NCBI GenBank assembly: GCA_951406725.2
Contig: OX597823.1
Coordinates: 20,026,001 to 20,090,000 of the forward strand
DNA: 64,000 bases
Origin: Octopus vulgaris
Lineage: Eukaryota
Direction: 5' to 3'
A program made the translations under genes and the position numbers. The notes under the pieces were generated by a model that was given only the letters and a program-made list of their open reading frames with translations, was not told the origin of the DNA and did no database searches. Position 1 is the stretch's first letter, and the number at the start of each line of letters is the position of its first letter. Positions 27,898 to 41,558 of the stretch are shown here, piece by piece.

Positions 27898-28309
27898 TAC
27901 TCTTTTACTCTTTTACTTGTTTCAGTCATTTGACTGCGGCCATGCTGGAGCACCGCCTTTAATCGAGCAACTCGACCTCGGACTTATTCTTTTTGTAAGC
28001 CCAGTACTTATTTTATCGGTCTCTTTTGCCGAACCGCTAAGTAACGGGGACATAAACACACCAGCATCGGTTGTCAAGCAATGCTAGGGGGACAAACACA
28101 GACACACAAACAAACACACATACATATATACATATACATATATACGACGGGCTTCTTTCAGTTTCCGTCTACCAAATCCACTCACAAGGCATTGGTCGGC
28201 CCGGGGCTATTGCAGAAGACACTTGCCCAAGATACCACGCTGTGGGACTGAACCCGGAACCATGTGGTTGGTTAGCAAGCTACTTACCACACAGCCACTC
28301 CTGCGCCTA
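27898..28309 (-). mobile_element. SINE B
   Basis: Full-length family B copy. Confidence 0.85.
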
Positions 28310-28581
28310 TGTTTAAAAAAAGTTCATTTCGTCTGGGTTGTTTTCTTTGCATCCTGGTAGAGCTCCACAGTGTCTCACATCAGTGACGTACAACAACTTT
28401 TATCACGTGAGCTGCTTCGACCAACAAGATCGAAGCTTACCAACGGCCAATATCGACCTGTTTTTGATGATGCATTCGGCTGAAACTTCATACGTGATTT
28501 ATGTTAGTGAAAGTCATGGCAACAGACATTTGACTCAACAATTGCTAATTTCCAAATGCAAACTCTACACATTGAGCTGAA

Positions 28582-28663
<82 letters not shown>

Positions 28664-29251
28664 TGTGTTTGTCTTTCATTTTTTTCCCATAAGTCTATGC
28701 CCGTCATAAATTTTCTGGAACTCTATCTACATACAAAAACAATTAGATAATGGAGAAGCAATGTCTCCGCATTTCATAATGAATATTATAAGTACCACTT
28801 AGAAAGATTAGTATCAGACGCCTGATTAAAAGGCGGAAACCACAATGAAGAGAATAATCTAGAAAGTTAATTATTTTGATAAGGGGACACACCTGAATAG
28901 CTGTTGAATATATAAATTTAAATCAAGGAAATGTCCTCCTTAGATGAAAGACATCGAGAAACATTTATTGCATTCTCGTTAAAATGGAGGAAAATAGCTA
29001 TCTATGAGCGACTTTAAACCTATCAGTCGGGTGACCCGTATTTGGATGTTGTCTTGTATGTTTGTGCAAAACAGCAGCACTATATTAGCTGTGGGAACAG
29101 TACTCCATTATGTTCCTCACCTGAATTTTGAAGTGTCTTTTAGATGCGGTCATAGCTATGACATGGATGTGCTTTTACCAGGAGAGATGGTCCTCTATAA
29201 TAAGATCCAGCATTTAGAGCAATTACGAGACTATTTGCATGATTAAAAGGG

Positions 29252-29328
<77 letters not shown>

Positions 29329-29557
29329 TGTGTGTATGTATGTATGTATATATATTTATGTATGTATGTATGTATGTATGTATGTATGTATGTATGTATG
29401 TATCTGTCTATCTATATATATGAAACCACATAAGTACGTAACTAACTAGACTGTCAGATGTTGTTACACATCGCTGGTCACAATGCGCTCTTTATCGTTC
29501 TAGCCATCGAATGACGCCACTCCCTTTGCTAGGTGGGTAGGACAATATTCCCCCTTG

Positions 29558-29604
<47 letters not shown>

Positions 29605-29674
29605 TGAATGTATGTATGTATATATGTATGTATGTATGGATGTATGTATGTATGTAAGAATCGTTATCGCAACT

Positions 29675-29945
29675 ATGTCACCAACTTCAAGAGAATCAAT
29701 AAGAGACATCCAACATCTTTGGCCGATTTTGTATAGCGACTGAAGGAGGATAAAATTAAATTCAACAGAACCTGGTCCATAGCAAGGTACGCGGAATCAT
29801 ACATTATCATTTCCAGGAGATACCAACTCTGCTCCGAGGAATCCCTGTCTATTCTGTGGACAAATGAGAAGATCGTTAATAGAATTTCTGACAGACTCAC
29901 AAAATTCCTACACGCATATAAATGTACTTTCGCACAAAGCAGTGG
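29675..29945 (+). pseudogene. Penelope-like element, C-terminal remnant of the GIY-YIG endonuclease
   Basis: ..LKEDKIKFNRTWSIARYAESY..RRYQLCSEESLSIL..VNRISD..H, resembling the PLE W.I..A..Y..C.LC.EK..I..LN.R.E..H pattern. Confidence 0.55.
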
Positions 29946-30429
29946 GAATGAATTTGAGTAACTGATAACAAAATTTACTTTGAGGTATAGATGAATTAAG
30001 TTTTACTTTAACCTCCCCATACCTATAACCATCAAGTAGCTATTTATCTCGCTTTGCGTATGCTTACATTTTCATGGATGCTTGTATGAACGTGTGTGCA
30101 CGCGCCATGCAACTTGTGCGACGGCGTTTATCCATCCATATCTGTTGACGGGTATTTTTTAATACTTTTCTCGCTGTATTGCTTGCTTGTTTCGTTTTTG
30201 CATCTGTGATTTTATTTTTGATTTCAAAAGTAAATGAAGATATTTCCTTCGTTTTGCGGCTTTTCATTCTACAAAATGAGAAGATACATTGCGGAACTGT
30301 TATTTTAACGAGTTGTGTCTATTTACCATCAGATGAAACACATCTGCACCACCGATGGCTCCTGAACCAGTTGTGAAGTGTCCCACCCTTGAGGGATCGA
30401 TGCTAGATATGTCGAAACAATTGTTGTGA

Positions 30430-30864
30430 TCAATAATAAAAATTCTCGTATATTCCATCTTCTGTCTTTCATTTATCGGCTCCCACGTGACCATTGGCCA
30501 TCTTTCTTCTAGCTTGTGTTTCTTTCTCTCCGTTGTAGCTGGATCAAGGAAGACATGTTCTTGTCTATCTCCTGTCCAAGCTTCATTTACGCGTTCGCCA
30601 CCACAACCTCGTTTAGGCTTAACATCCCTTCCTGTTTGTCTTCACTGTCCTGTTTGTGTTACCAATTTTGACCCTCCGCAAAATCCCAAGTTTGATTTAA
30701 TTTGCTTTGCGGCAGCAACTGTTTTATCGAAAGCGGCTCCTGTTGCTAAATGCTCGAAATACAAGAGTAGAAAGTCCTTATCTCCATCTCATCATAATTC
30801 AGTGCAATCATTAACAGTACTTTCAAGCAATTCAGCCCCGAGCATCGCCGGGCAATTCTGCTAG
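30430..30864 (+). mobile_element. Probable non-autonomous Helitron (5' end uncertain)
   Basis: 3' hairpin cccgagcatcgccggg followed by CTAG|T, as in 32788-33187; possible A|TC start at 30430. Confidence 0.5.
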
Positions 30865-30924
<60 letters not shown>

Positions 30925-30929
<5 letters not shown>

Positions 30930-31290
30930 ATACAGTGTATATTTAAACACATTAGAGGTATCACGCATAGGATACCTGGCACGCTAGAAGGAATAGCCAA
31001 AATCCACACCACTATTAGGGATAAATTTCGAAGGGAATGAAAAATAATAACATTTACCATCTATTTCCTGGACCATGGTTTCTGCCTTTAAAGTAGCAAA
31101 TAAAGTAATTTGCTAGGCAAAGTCTTCATCAACAGGTACTAGATTAAACATATAAACACAAGGCAATCCAGCATATGCCCCGTGGTTATATATTATAATT
31201 TTTCAAATCCACCGCGCAAGCGCAGTTTTTTGTCGGCAGCAAATGAAATAATGCCGGCGTTACTGCGAAAATTTGCCAAAAAAAATTATT
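30925..31290 (-). mobile_element. Hammerhead-bearing element (family F)
   Basis: Homologous to 51450-51800; HHR at 31067-31136: cctg TTGATGA..GAAA ccatgg TC|cagg. Confidence 0.7.
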
Positions 31291-31313
31291 AATTACATAT
31301 ATATATTTGGATA

Positions 31314-31703
31314 TCTTTATATATAAAAGTGAAGTTGTGTGTCTGTCTCCTACGATTTAGATTCCTAACTACTCCCACATTTTGCGGCGCAGTTTAACCA
31401 AAACCGGGTATCTTATAGTCGTGATTCATATCGAGCCCTTCTGGGTATTAGCGCGCGTCTACGATGAGTCTACGATTAAAAAAAAAATTACCATCAATTT
31501 TTCCCATTTTTAATGCATTTTTGGCATATATAAGGGAAGTAACTCTCTAAAAATTTATTATTAAATCTCAGAACGTAAAAAGCTACAGTAACACCCCCCT
31601 TTGTGGTTAGCAATATTGAGATGGCTGTTATACTTTACATCTCTAAAAATGCTTATATAGTTATTTCCCTTACAAACCCGAGCAACGCCGGGTGATACTG
31701 GTA

Positions 31704-31704
<1 letters not shown>
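31314..31704 (+). mobile_element. Non-autonomous Helitron
   Basis: A|TC 5' end, 3' hairpin cccgagcaacgccggg, end gtag (CTAG variant) then T; near-identical to 32788-33187. Confidence 0.8.
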
Positions 31705-31744
<40 letters not shown>

Positions 31745-32142
31745 AGTGATATACAAAACTTACAGTCTTTGATTATTGTAATCCATATGGCTTTACAAAC
31801 TTTTTTAATTATTGCAGTCTCTCAAGCATTACGTATAACATTTGAGAATTGCAGTCTCAGTGACAGTACAACCTTTGATTATTGTAGTGTATGTCACTTG
31901 ACCGTCTTTGATCATTAAATTTAGGTAGCGCGCCACTTGTTTATTAGCATAATCTAAATGGTTTCCCACTATTTGATTAGTGTGGTCTATGTGGTTTCAA
32001 AGCGTGTGATTACTGCGGCACGTGTTGGCACGTGTGGATTTGCTTACTAAGGATCCCAGAATTATTTGCATGGCAAAAATCATGTTCAGATGCTTGTACA
32101 AGAACATTGAGATTCTAGCTTAATATTCGGATATTTCTATTG

Positions 32143-32528
32143 GGGAAGCACTCCTGTCGGTTACGACGACGAGGGTTCCGGTTGATCCGAATCAACGGAA
32201 CAGCCTGCTCGTGAAATTAACGTGTAAGTGGCTGAGCACTCCACAGACACGTGTACCCTTAACGTAGTTCTCAGGGATATTCAGCGTGACACAGAGAGTG
32301 ACAAGGCCGGCCCTTTGAAATACAGGTACAACAGAAACAGGAAGTAAGAGTGAGAGAAAGTTGTGGTGAAAGAGTACAGCAGGGATCACCACCATCCCCT
32401 GCCGGAGCCTCGTGGAGCTTTTAGGTGTTTTCGCTCAATAAACACTCACAACGCCCGGTCTGGGAATCGAAACCACGATCCTATGATCGCGAGTCCGCTG
32501 CCCTAACCACTGGGCCATTGCGCCTCCA
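32143..32528 (-). mobile_element. SINE C
   Basis: Full-length family C copy. Confidence 0.85.
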
Positions 32529-32787
32529 CATGGATGTTTCTATTAGAGGTGGGGGGTAACATGAAGGATTCGTTTAATGTATCCATACTCCCGTTTTCTA
32601 TTGATTGTGTTGTTCCATAATAAAGTGTTTGATAAGCGATCAAGGTATGTTGCTCAGCTTCGGTTATATTGCATTCAACTGATGAGAAGTTAGTCGCAAC
32701 ACATTAAAGGATACGTCGACAATACGATAAAAATTCCCCAATGTATTTAAACGTCTCTTTTGACGCAAAATCATGAGAGAACAGATA

Positions 32788-33187
32788 TCTTTATATATAA
32801 AAGAGAGGTTGTGTGTCTGTCTCCTACGATTTAGATTCCTAACTACTCCCACATTTTGCGGTGCAGTTTAACCAAAACCGGGTATCTTATAGTCGTGATT
32901 CATATCGAGCCCTTCTGGGTATTAGCGCGCGTCTACGAGGAGTCTACGATTTAAAAAAAAATTACCATCATTTTTTTCCATTTTAATGCATTTTTTCGCT
33001 ATTATATAAGGGAAGTAACTCTCTAAAAATGTCTACGATGAATCAACGATTAAAAAAAAAATTTGCCATAATTTTTTTTTCCATTTTTAATGCATTTTTT
33101 TTGCTAATTTTTTGGCTATAACTCTCTAAAAATGCTTATATAGTTATTTCCCTTACAAACCCGAGCAACGCCGGGCGATACTGCTAG
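32788..33187 (+). mobile_element. Non-autonomous Helitron
   Basis: A|TC...hairpin..CTAG|T, no TSD, internal duplication of a gtctacga block. Confidence 0.85.
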
Positions 33188-34469
33188 TTTTGTCTAATTA
33201 TCTAGTAAAGCAGACTGAGAGATATGTCTCAACATTTCCAGGATGGGAATCTCGGACCAAACGGAAGATACTGCTATGAGTTTACTTAATGCCTATTCCA
33301 GACATTAGACAGTTTCCCAAGGCGGAGGAAGAATACCGCCTTCTGCAAACGACTTCACTTCACACGCATAAACACACAAAGAAATGCTTACCGCCGAATC
33401 GAACATGCATGTTTGAAACTGATGCACCAATATTTTATTTACTAGACGAGTTCGCCAGTCTATGAAGGCCCCAACATCTGATCCCATTTCCTTATTTTGC
33501 CAGGGTGAAACTCATAAAAGTCGAACTATAGGAGGGCGTTTCATATTTCATATAAAAATAACAGATCATATGTATGTATGTATGTGTATATGCATGTATG
33601 TATGTATGTATGTATGTATGCATGCATGCATGCATGTATGTATGCATGTACATATGTATATATACACATATACGTATCTATTTGTATACATATAATGTAC
33701 ATCTCTCTCATTTTCTTTCTCTCTCTTTCTATATATATATATATATATACATATATATGTATTATGTATGTGTGTGTATACATACATACATATATATTCT
33801 ACGTTTCTATCCATTTATCTATCTATCTATATAAATATACAATATATATATGTGTGTGTATATATATATATATATATACACATATATATGTTGTATATTT
33901 ATATAGATAGATAGATAAATGGATAGAGACGTAGAATATATACGTATATATGCACGTGTGTGCGTGTGTGTGTGTGTGCGTGTGTGTTCGTGTAAACAAT
34001 CCGCAGACGTGTATACATACACTCTGAAGTAAACATCACGCCCTTTATAGTACACTATATACATACCTTTAGACCTACTACACTTACACACACACACACA
34101 TGTATGCATCCATGTATGTATGCCTATGCTTGGGTGCCTACGTGTGTGTGTGTGTGTGTGTGCGTGCGTGAATGGGTGAGCGTATGTGTGTAAATAAACA
34201 CAAATTTTATATTGAGAAAGATCTGTATAGAATTGAACATAAGTCAAATAAACAAGATATAGTGTTGATATGTGGTTCTTCCAGTGTATATTAGTTCAAC
34301 ACTTGTCACACTGCCCATCTGCCTTCAGCTAATATATACTTCGTGTTTAGATTATTATGAACTCCTCCTTAACATATGGATGCAAGGCATCAAGGTCGAA
34401 ACGTTCTATTTGCACTCTTCGGTGATGATTTAATACTTAAACGAAGATGAGTTCCAGTTTATAAAACTA

Positions 34470-35026
34470 TTGGGTTGTCCGGAAAGTTCGTGCCGATTTA
34501 TAGCAGCTTACCTTTCGACTTATTTTAGAACATGGTTGAGTCCATAAAATAGTATTTTACTACACCTCCGTTTAGAGCACAGTTTAAGCTATCTTTTCGT
34601 AGAAGAAGGTTTGTGTTCCTATAACCTGTGTTAATTCTGTAACCCTTTAAAATGGAAGATAAGAAAGTTCATTTTCGGCACTTGATGCTTTAGGAACCAG
34701 ACAAAAATTGCTACAACTCGGCTCGGATGTGTTACCCGACCCTCCATATTCACCAGATATTGCTCCTTCGGATTTCCAGTTATTCAGGTCTCTGCAAAAT
34801 AGTCTTAATGGTAAAAATTTCAATTCCTTGAATGGCCCAAAAAGATTCCTTGATGAATTCTTTGCAATGAAACGAGCTCAATTCTGGGAAGAGGGTATTT
34901 TCAAGTTAAAGAGACGCAGTGTTCAACAAAATGGTTCATATTTGGTTGATTAAAAATGTAATGGCAAGTATTTATTGACCTTTTTCTTTCCTTTAAAAAC
35001 CGGCACGAACTTTCCGGACAACCCAA
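34470..35026 (+). mobile_element. Non-autonomous mariner (internal deletion derivative)
   Basis: TIR ttgggttgtccggaaagttcgtgccg / cggcacgaactttccggacaacccaa, TA TSD; MEDKKVHFRHLML fused to ..PPYSPDIAPSDFQLFRSLQN. Confidence 0.92.
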
Positions 35027-35120
35027 TATATTAGAGATGTGAGTAATCATACGTATGTTCATACATGCATAAACATACACACCCGCACACACATACGCAC
35101 GTGTATGCGTGCATATCGTG

Positions 35121-35499
35121 GCACTCAGTCGGTTACGACGACGATGGTTCCAGTTGATCCGATCAACGGAACAGACTTCTCGTGAAATTAACGTGCAAGT
35201 GGCTGAGTACTCCACAGACACGTGTATCCTTAACGTAGTTCTCGGGGGGATTCATCGTGACACAGAGTGTGAGAAGACTGGTCCTTTGAAATGCAGGTAC
35301 AACAGAAACAGGAAGAAAGAGTGAGAGAAAGTTGTGGTGAAAGAACACAGCAGGGTTCGCCACTAACCCCTGCTAGAACCTCGTGGAGCTTTTAGGTGTT
35401 TTCGTTCACTAAACACTCACAACGCCCGGTCTGGGAATCGAAATCGTGATCCCACGTCCACGAATCCATTAATGTAGCCACTGGGCCATTGAGCCTCCA
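35121..35499 (-). mobile_element. SINE C, diverged
   Basis: Family C sequence. Confidence 0.8.
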
Positions 35500-35931
35500 C
35501 ATGTGTGCGTATACGCGTAAGGTGTTTGATAAGCGATCGACGTATGGTGCTCAAATTCGGTAATATTGCATTCAACTGTTTGTTACTGTTCGTCATTATA
35601 GTAAGTTATGCATAAAAAAAAATTAACATCGGTCTGAAGGATTTTATAAATACTTTTCATTGAGTACATGTTTATTAAACTTCGAAGTCAATTTTTCCTC
35701 TCTCTCTCTCTCTCTTCTCGTCTTTATGTATGTATGTATGTATGTATGTATGTATGTATGTATGTATGTATATATGTACGTAAGCATCTATCTCTGTCTG
35801 TCTATCTGTCTGTCTGTCTGTCTATCTATTTATCTATCTATCTATCTATCTATCTACAGCTGAAATTTACAGAAAAACAGAAGACGAAGACGGGTGTATG
35901 AGCAACAAGCAGGTATATTGATTTGACGTTC

Positions 35932-36167
35932 GGCGAGCTGGCAGAATCGTTAGCACGTCGGGCGAAATGCTTAGCGGTATTCCGTCTGCCGTTACGTTGT
36001 GAGTTCAAATTCCGCCGAGGTCGACTTTACCTTTCATCCTTTCGGGGTCGATAAATTAAGTACCAGTTACGCACTGGGGTCAATGTAATCGACTTAATAC
36101 CTATGTCTGTCCTTGTTTGTCCCCTCTGTGTTTAGCCCCTTGTGGGTAATAAAGAAATAGAAATAGG
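35932..36167 (+). mobile_element. SINE A monomer with TSD, inserted into a family E fragment
   Basis: TSD tttgacgttc at 35922-35931 and 36168-36177. Confidence 0.88.
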
Positions 36168-36264
36168 TTTGACGTTCGGGAAAGTGAGAAAGTTTCTCTC
36201 TGTCCTTTCTCTCACTGTCCCTCTCTCTCTCTCTGTCCTTTCTCTCTCTCTCTCTCTCTCTCTC

Positions 36265-36324
<60 letters not shown>

Positions 36325-36429
36325 CTCTATCTCTCTCTCTATCTATCTATCTATATATATATACTATAAAATATAATACTGTATAATATAATATATTATA
36401 TAATATAATTATATATATTATGACCTGGG

Positions 36430-37535
36430 ATATTCAGCAAAGAATATCCCTACACTACTAAACGAACTTTACACAAGGATACTGCTAGAGAGAAGAATAG
36501 ATTTGATCAGGTGGATGAGATGGAAGGCTTTTTACTTTAACCAACCCAAATCATCAACGGAAGCTGAATATTTTGGGCTTAAATGTAGGAAGTTCCCATA
36601 TCAGATCAAGGAACAGGAAGCCTTTGAAAACGACCTGCTGGATATAATACCCCGCCTGAAATTCCAAAGTCCCCAAACCCTTTCCAAAATAAGACACCCG
36701 CAAGATTAAATCTTCTGATAGGATCATTCTCTACTCCGACAAACCAAAAATCTGTATAGGGTAAGTAGTGATAAGTAGTGACACACACGCACAGCTCCTT
36801 AGCAACAGCATCACACAAACGTACAGGTGGGTCACTCCCCAACGCACACATATGATAGTAATAATCAGGAAACCAGAGATATAGCTTTTAAACTAGGTAT
36901 AGAAGATAGGGTAGAGACTCTGGCGAAGAAAGAGGCCTTCATAATGATCAAGGGTCATAAGCCTAACTTTGCCTCTAACTCTAAATGCCGGCTGATAAAC
37001 CCTGAGAGAGATCAGGTGAGCAAATAGCTCATCAGAAAGATCTGTAACGGCATTAGAAAAACCTCTGACCTCACCCTATGGCGCAACACCAAAGCGATCA
37101 TTACATGGTTTGAGGCCAACAGCGGCAGGGGTAGAGCTAGTTTTACCCAATTTGATATAGTGGACTTCTGATATAGTGGAGCTCCTGTTAAAGGCACTAG
37201 ACTTCGCTAGAGCCTTTACTGAGATCAACGGCGAGGACAAACGCATTATCATGCACGTCAGAAGAACCCTACTCTTCAGTAAGGGGTCAGCTTCGATCAA
37301 ACGTACCGACCCAGAGTGCTCCTTAGACGTGGCAATGGGTGCTTTTGACAGTGCGGACTAGCTTTGGCCCCTTCAAGAACTACGCGCTGGTAATTTCAAG
37401 AGGAGCTAACAGCCACACGCTGGATGAGCTCAGAAAAGATCTCACGAGCACCATGAACTCCTTCGGATTGAAGGTCACTATTGAGACCAACCTAAAAACA
37501 GTTGATTTCCTTGATGTGACCCTGGACTTGGATAG
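36430..37535 (+). pseudogene. Penelope-like element reverse transcriptase remnant
   Basis: YSAKNIP, RWMRWKAFYF, FENDL, IEDRVETLAKKEAFIMIKGHKPNF..KCRLINP, QFDIVDF, DVAMGAFDSAD, GLKVTIETNLKTVDFLDVTLDL; frameshifted. Confidence 0.85.
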
Positions 37536-37549
37536 ATAGATAAATAGAT

Positions 37550-38177
37550 AGATATAATATTCATCGATAAGATAAGTAACGTTTTTTATTTAACAATATT
37601 ATTTAATTTTTGAATTGTATTAAGTTTGATTATTATTATTATTGTTAAAATATTAATTTATATATAATTTCTTGATAATTATTTGTTACGATACGTATAT
37701 CAATTTAATTTATTGTTTATTATTATTTTTATAATGTGATTTAACATATTACCTATAATTTACTTTAAGATATAGTTTTGAAAGACAATATATTAATTAA
37801 TAGTTAGGAGGTCTATTTGTTACGTAGTATTACATTTAAGTAAATAAGTTTAATATTAATCGATATTTTGGTCAACTCTATAAGTGAGTGAAATATTAAA
37901 TCTATATATACTATATATAAATTAATAATATATATAATAAGTTTATGTAGTAGGTGTGTATATATTTGAACCATTTTCTATTTTTAATTCTAATATTTAT
38001 AGCTTGTACTAGCATTATGTATATAAAATAACATGAAGTTTTTTAGTATATATTACTTAATTAGAATAAGACTTAATTTAGATGTTTATTAAATAAATAA
38101 ATAAATAAATTAATAATTTAATCTAATGTATATAGATTAAATTATAGTATTTTAATTTTCACTTAATGCATATTTTG

Positions 38178-38268
<91 letters not shown>

Positions 38269-38720
38269 AAATAATTTAATTAATTGTATTTTATTTTCTA
38301 GTAATGATATATTATAGTTTGTTATTCTTTTCTTATATATGTTAAAATTTTATTTTTATAGCTATAATAAATATTTATACCTCTTTATTCTATATTTATT
38401 TACAGCAGAATATATTTGTTAAGATATTTTGTATTTTACACGATTATATACGTATATTTTTATATTTTTTTTATTTAATTATTTTATTGTTTTTATCTTT
38501 GACCTGAAGAGTGCCTATATTTAAATTGAATTGATTTTACTGTTATCATTTCTTAAATATAGCCACGAAACACGTGTAGTCATTTTATTTATTATTTTTC
38601 ACATTACTTAATCATTGGTATATGTTTTTTATCTTATATTTAATTTTTTCAATAGGATGTAATTTTTTTCTATATGGTATAATTTGATTTTTTCATTGTT
38701 AAATCGATAAAAAGTGTCTT
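37550..38720. other. Extremely AT-rich non-microsatellite tract ending near a hammerhead
   Basis: Very few G/C bases by eye; follows the PLE RT. Confidence 0.7.
38500..38582 (+). ncRNA. Canonical type I hammerhead ribozyme
   Basis: tgac CTGAAGA gtg.ctatatttaa..ttaaatatag.cac GAAA cacgtg TA|gtca; all core nucleotides and the G10.1-C11.1 pair intact; predicted cut after 38578. Confidence 0.88.
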
Positions 38721-38833
38721 TTTCTAATTTATATATACCTCCTTCTTCCCTTCTTTCCTGAGCGTCCAATAATACTTTATTTGTTCCACGTCCTTGCGTT
38801 GTTGTGTTTTTTGTTTTCTTGTTTGGATTAACT

Positions 38834-38902
<69 letters not shown>

Positions 38903-38967
38903 ATATTTTGTGAAATATATGAGAATGAAATGACAAAGGAATAAATGATTATGTTATGAACTTCATT

Positions 38968-39048
38968 AGCTTTCAGCAGTTTCTGCTATAAGATGCAGTG
39001 GACTCATAGTTCAGTGCCTGAGTAACACCTTATAGCTTCGTCGGAGCC
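38968..39048 (-). ncRNA. Degenerate hammerhead
   Basis: ggct CCGACGA a gctataag..cttatagc a GAAA ctgctg aa agc; cleavage triplet damaged. Confidence 0.45.
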
Positions 39049-39423
39049 ACGAATATGAAGTGTAGTTTATTTGGGAAAAGAATTATTACATTTATGCATA
39101 TAAACAGGAAAAAGTATTGCCGATCAGAAAGCAAACAACTAATTAATCTTATTCTATGAATATAATGACATTAATTTGAAAATGCGTATAAAAATGGGTA
39201 TATCATGTTTAAGATAAGAGTAATTAGATCCAACAGTAAAAATATACGTATCTACATTCACACAAACACACACACACGCGAGCGCTCACATACATATAAC
39301 CATCCATATACAGACGCGCAAGATACACATACAGACAAATGTATATACACATATGTGCAAAAATATATATACACACGCATACACACAGACACAGACAAAC
39401 AAACAGACAGATAGACACACACT

Positions 39424-39491
<68 letters not shown>

Positions 39492-39672
39492 TAAATACTA
39501 ACAGCGATTGTAAAATAAATGGAATGTCAATTAGCCTTTCAGACGAATACCGTGGTTAATTTTGACTTTTCGTGATGTATCTGCATGAAGTATAATATAC
39601 AGATAGCTATTTTAGCCTAATGCTACCTCTGTTGCTTGTAATAGATTGCTATACATATATCATACATACATA

Positions 39673-39736
<64 letters not shown>

Positions 39737-39737
<1 letters not shown>

Positions 39738-39901
39738 TTTATTTAAAGCAGCAGAAAATTCATCAAAACCTGTTACTCTGAGTTTCCTGTTGCCGTTCAT
39801 CGGACAGTTTTTGCTAGATTCTAGCAAAAACTGTCCGATGAACGGCAACAGGAAACTCAGAGTAACAGCTTTTGTTGAATTTTCTGCTGCTTTAAATAAA
39901 G
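39737..39901. repeat. Near-perfect palindrome (82-bp arms) carrying a hammerhead-like motif on each strand
   Basis: Centre at 39819; ctgt CCGATGA acggcaacag GAAA ctcagag TA|acag (39831-39868); flanked by (TA)n. Confidence 0.9.
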
Positions 39902-39971
39902 CATATTACTCTACCACTGGTATTTGAGTACTCTTTGTTCAACCTTGTTTCACATTTATGTGTTTACTCCA

Positions 39972-40015
<44 letters not shown>

Positions 40016-40314
40016 AGTGAAAAATGTATGAAAAATGCTGAAACGAAAAGCAGACAAAGAATGGCAAGTTAAACAAACGTATAATAAATGCACAGACGTA
40101 CAGAAAAACGTGTATTAAGTACATAAACGGACGGAAAACAGACACAGGTCCCTAAATTTCTCATCAGTTGATATACGTTTTTCCGTTCGTTTGAGCATTT
40201 ATGACACGGCTTCCAAGTAGCCATTCCGTGCCCGTTTTTCGTTTGTGCATTTACTAAACACTTTTTCATTTATTAAGTAACGAAACGCAACGCACCCTGG
40301 TTTTTATTAACTGT

Positions 40315-40356
<42 letters not shown>

Positions 40357-40357
<1 letters not shown>

Positions 40358-40560
40358 CGGGAAGCTTTATGAAAATAAACAAAAGACGAAGGCAGGTGGA
40401 GTACAGACAAACAATTGTATTAGTATGGCGCGCAGGAATATAAATAAAACAAGTCTTTTATGTTTCGAGCCTACGCTCTTCAACAGAAAGATACACAGAA
40501 AAGAAACACGGAGAGAAACAAGGAGAGAAAAAAAATGCGTGCAGAAGCTAGCGATTCAAC
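40357..40560 (-). mobile_element. Family E hammerhead-bearing element
   Basis: tgtttcgagcctacgctcttcaacagaaag, as at 7595; between (TA)n tracts. Confidence 0.6.
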
Positions 40561-40959
40561 ATATATATATATATATAGGCAAATCGAAAATTAAAATAAA
40601 TAATAACAAATAACAAAACAATAAATGTCAAAAGGAAGTACACATAGAACGCATTAGCTTGACGGTCATTGAAGGTGGAAATAAGAGTAGGTGTATAACG
40701 TTTGAAGCACATCTCTTTTTGTCAGAAAGAGGATAAAGGAAAGGTCCGGTGAAGGAGGAAAAAGTCCAAGCATGTGTGTCGCTACATATCGATGAAAAGG
40801 ATCCGGGAATCCAGGCGGTCATTTCCGTCAGCACGCCATTGAATACCAGGTTATAAAATGCATAAAAAATACACCTTTTTCCCGTATTAATTTATCAATT
40901 TGGTCATGATGAAATGAATATGGGTTTTATGTTATGTACTCTATAATATATCATCAATA

Positions 40960-41365
40960 GGCTGAATCGTTAGCACGCCGAGTAAAAATGCTCCATCTGT
41001 CTTTTTATGTTCGGAGTTCAAATTCCGCCGAGGTCAGTTTTGCCTTTCATACTTTCGTGGTCGATAAAATAAGTACTAATTGGGAAGTGGAATCGATGTA
41101 ATAGACTTACCCCTCCTCCTAGCTTGCAGACCTTGTTCAAAATTTGAAACTGATGTTATATCATCAATAGGCAGAAATCTGGCAGAAACGTTAACACGCC
41201 GGATAAAATGCTTAACGACGTTTCATCCGTCTTTACGTTCGGTGTTCAAATCCCGCCGAGGTTAACTTTGACTTTCAACCTTTCGAGGTCTTGTTAAAAT
41301 AAGTACCAGTTGATTACTAGGGTTCATATAATCGACTTACCCGCTTCCCCGAAGTTACTGGCCAG
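40960..41365 (+). mobile_element. Two diverged SINE A copies
   Basis: gttagcacgccg..gagttcaaattccgccgagg-type core, twice. Confidence 0.7.
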
Positions 41366-41524
41366 CTACATTATGTCATCATTGCTTACACAATCATTGC
41401 TTACAGTCTTGTTTTCCGACTTGTTAAATGATGTGTTTAACCCATATGTTGTTGAAACAGCTGTAACCAAAGAATAAATGTCATACCAGTACCTCCATTC
41501 TTTTACTTCTTTTTATATACATAT

Positions 41525-41558
<34 letters not shown>

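Noticed and set aside
37550-38180. Possible mitochondrial insertion (numt) because of extreme AT content
   Set aside because: No mitochondrial gene, rRNA or tRNA motif recognised
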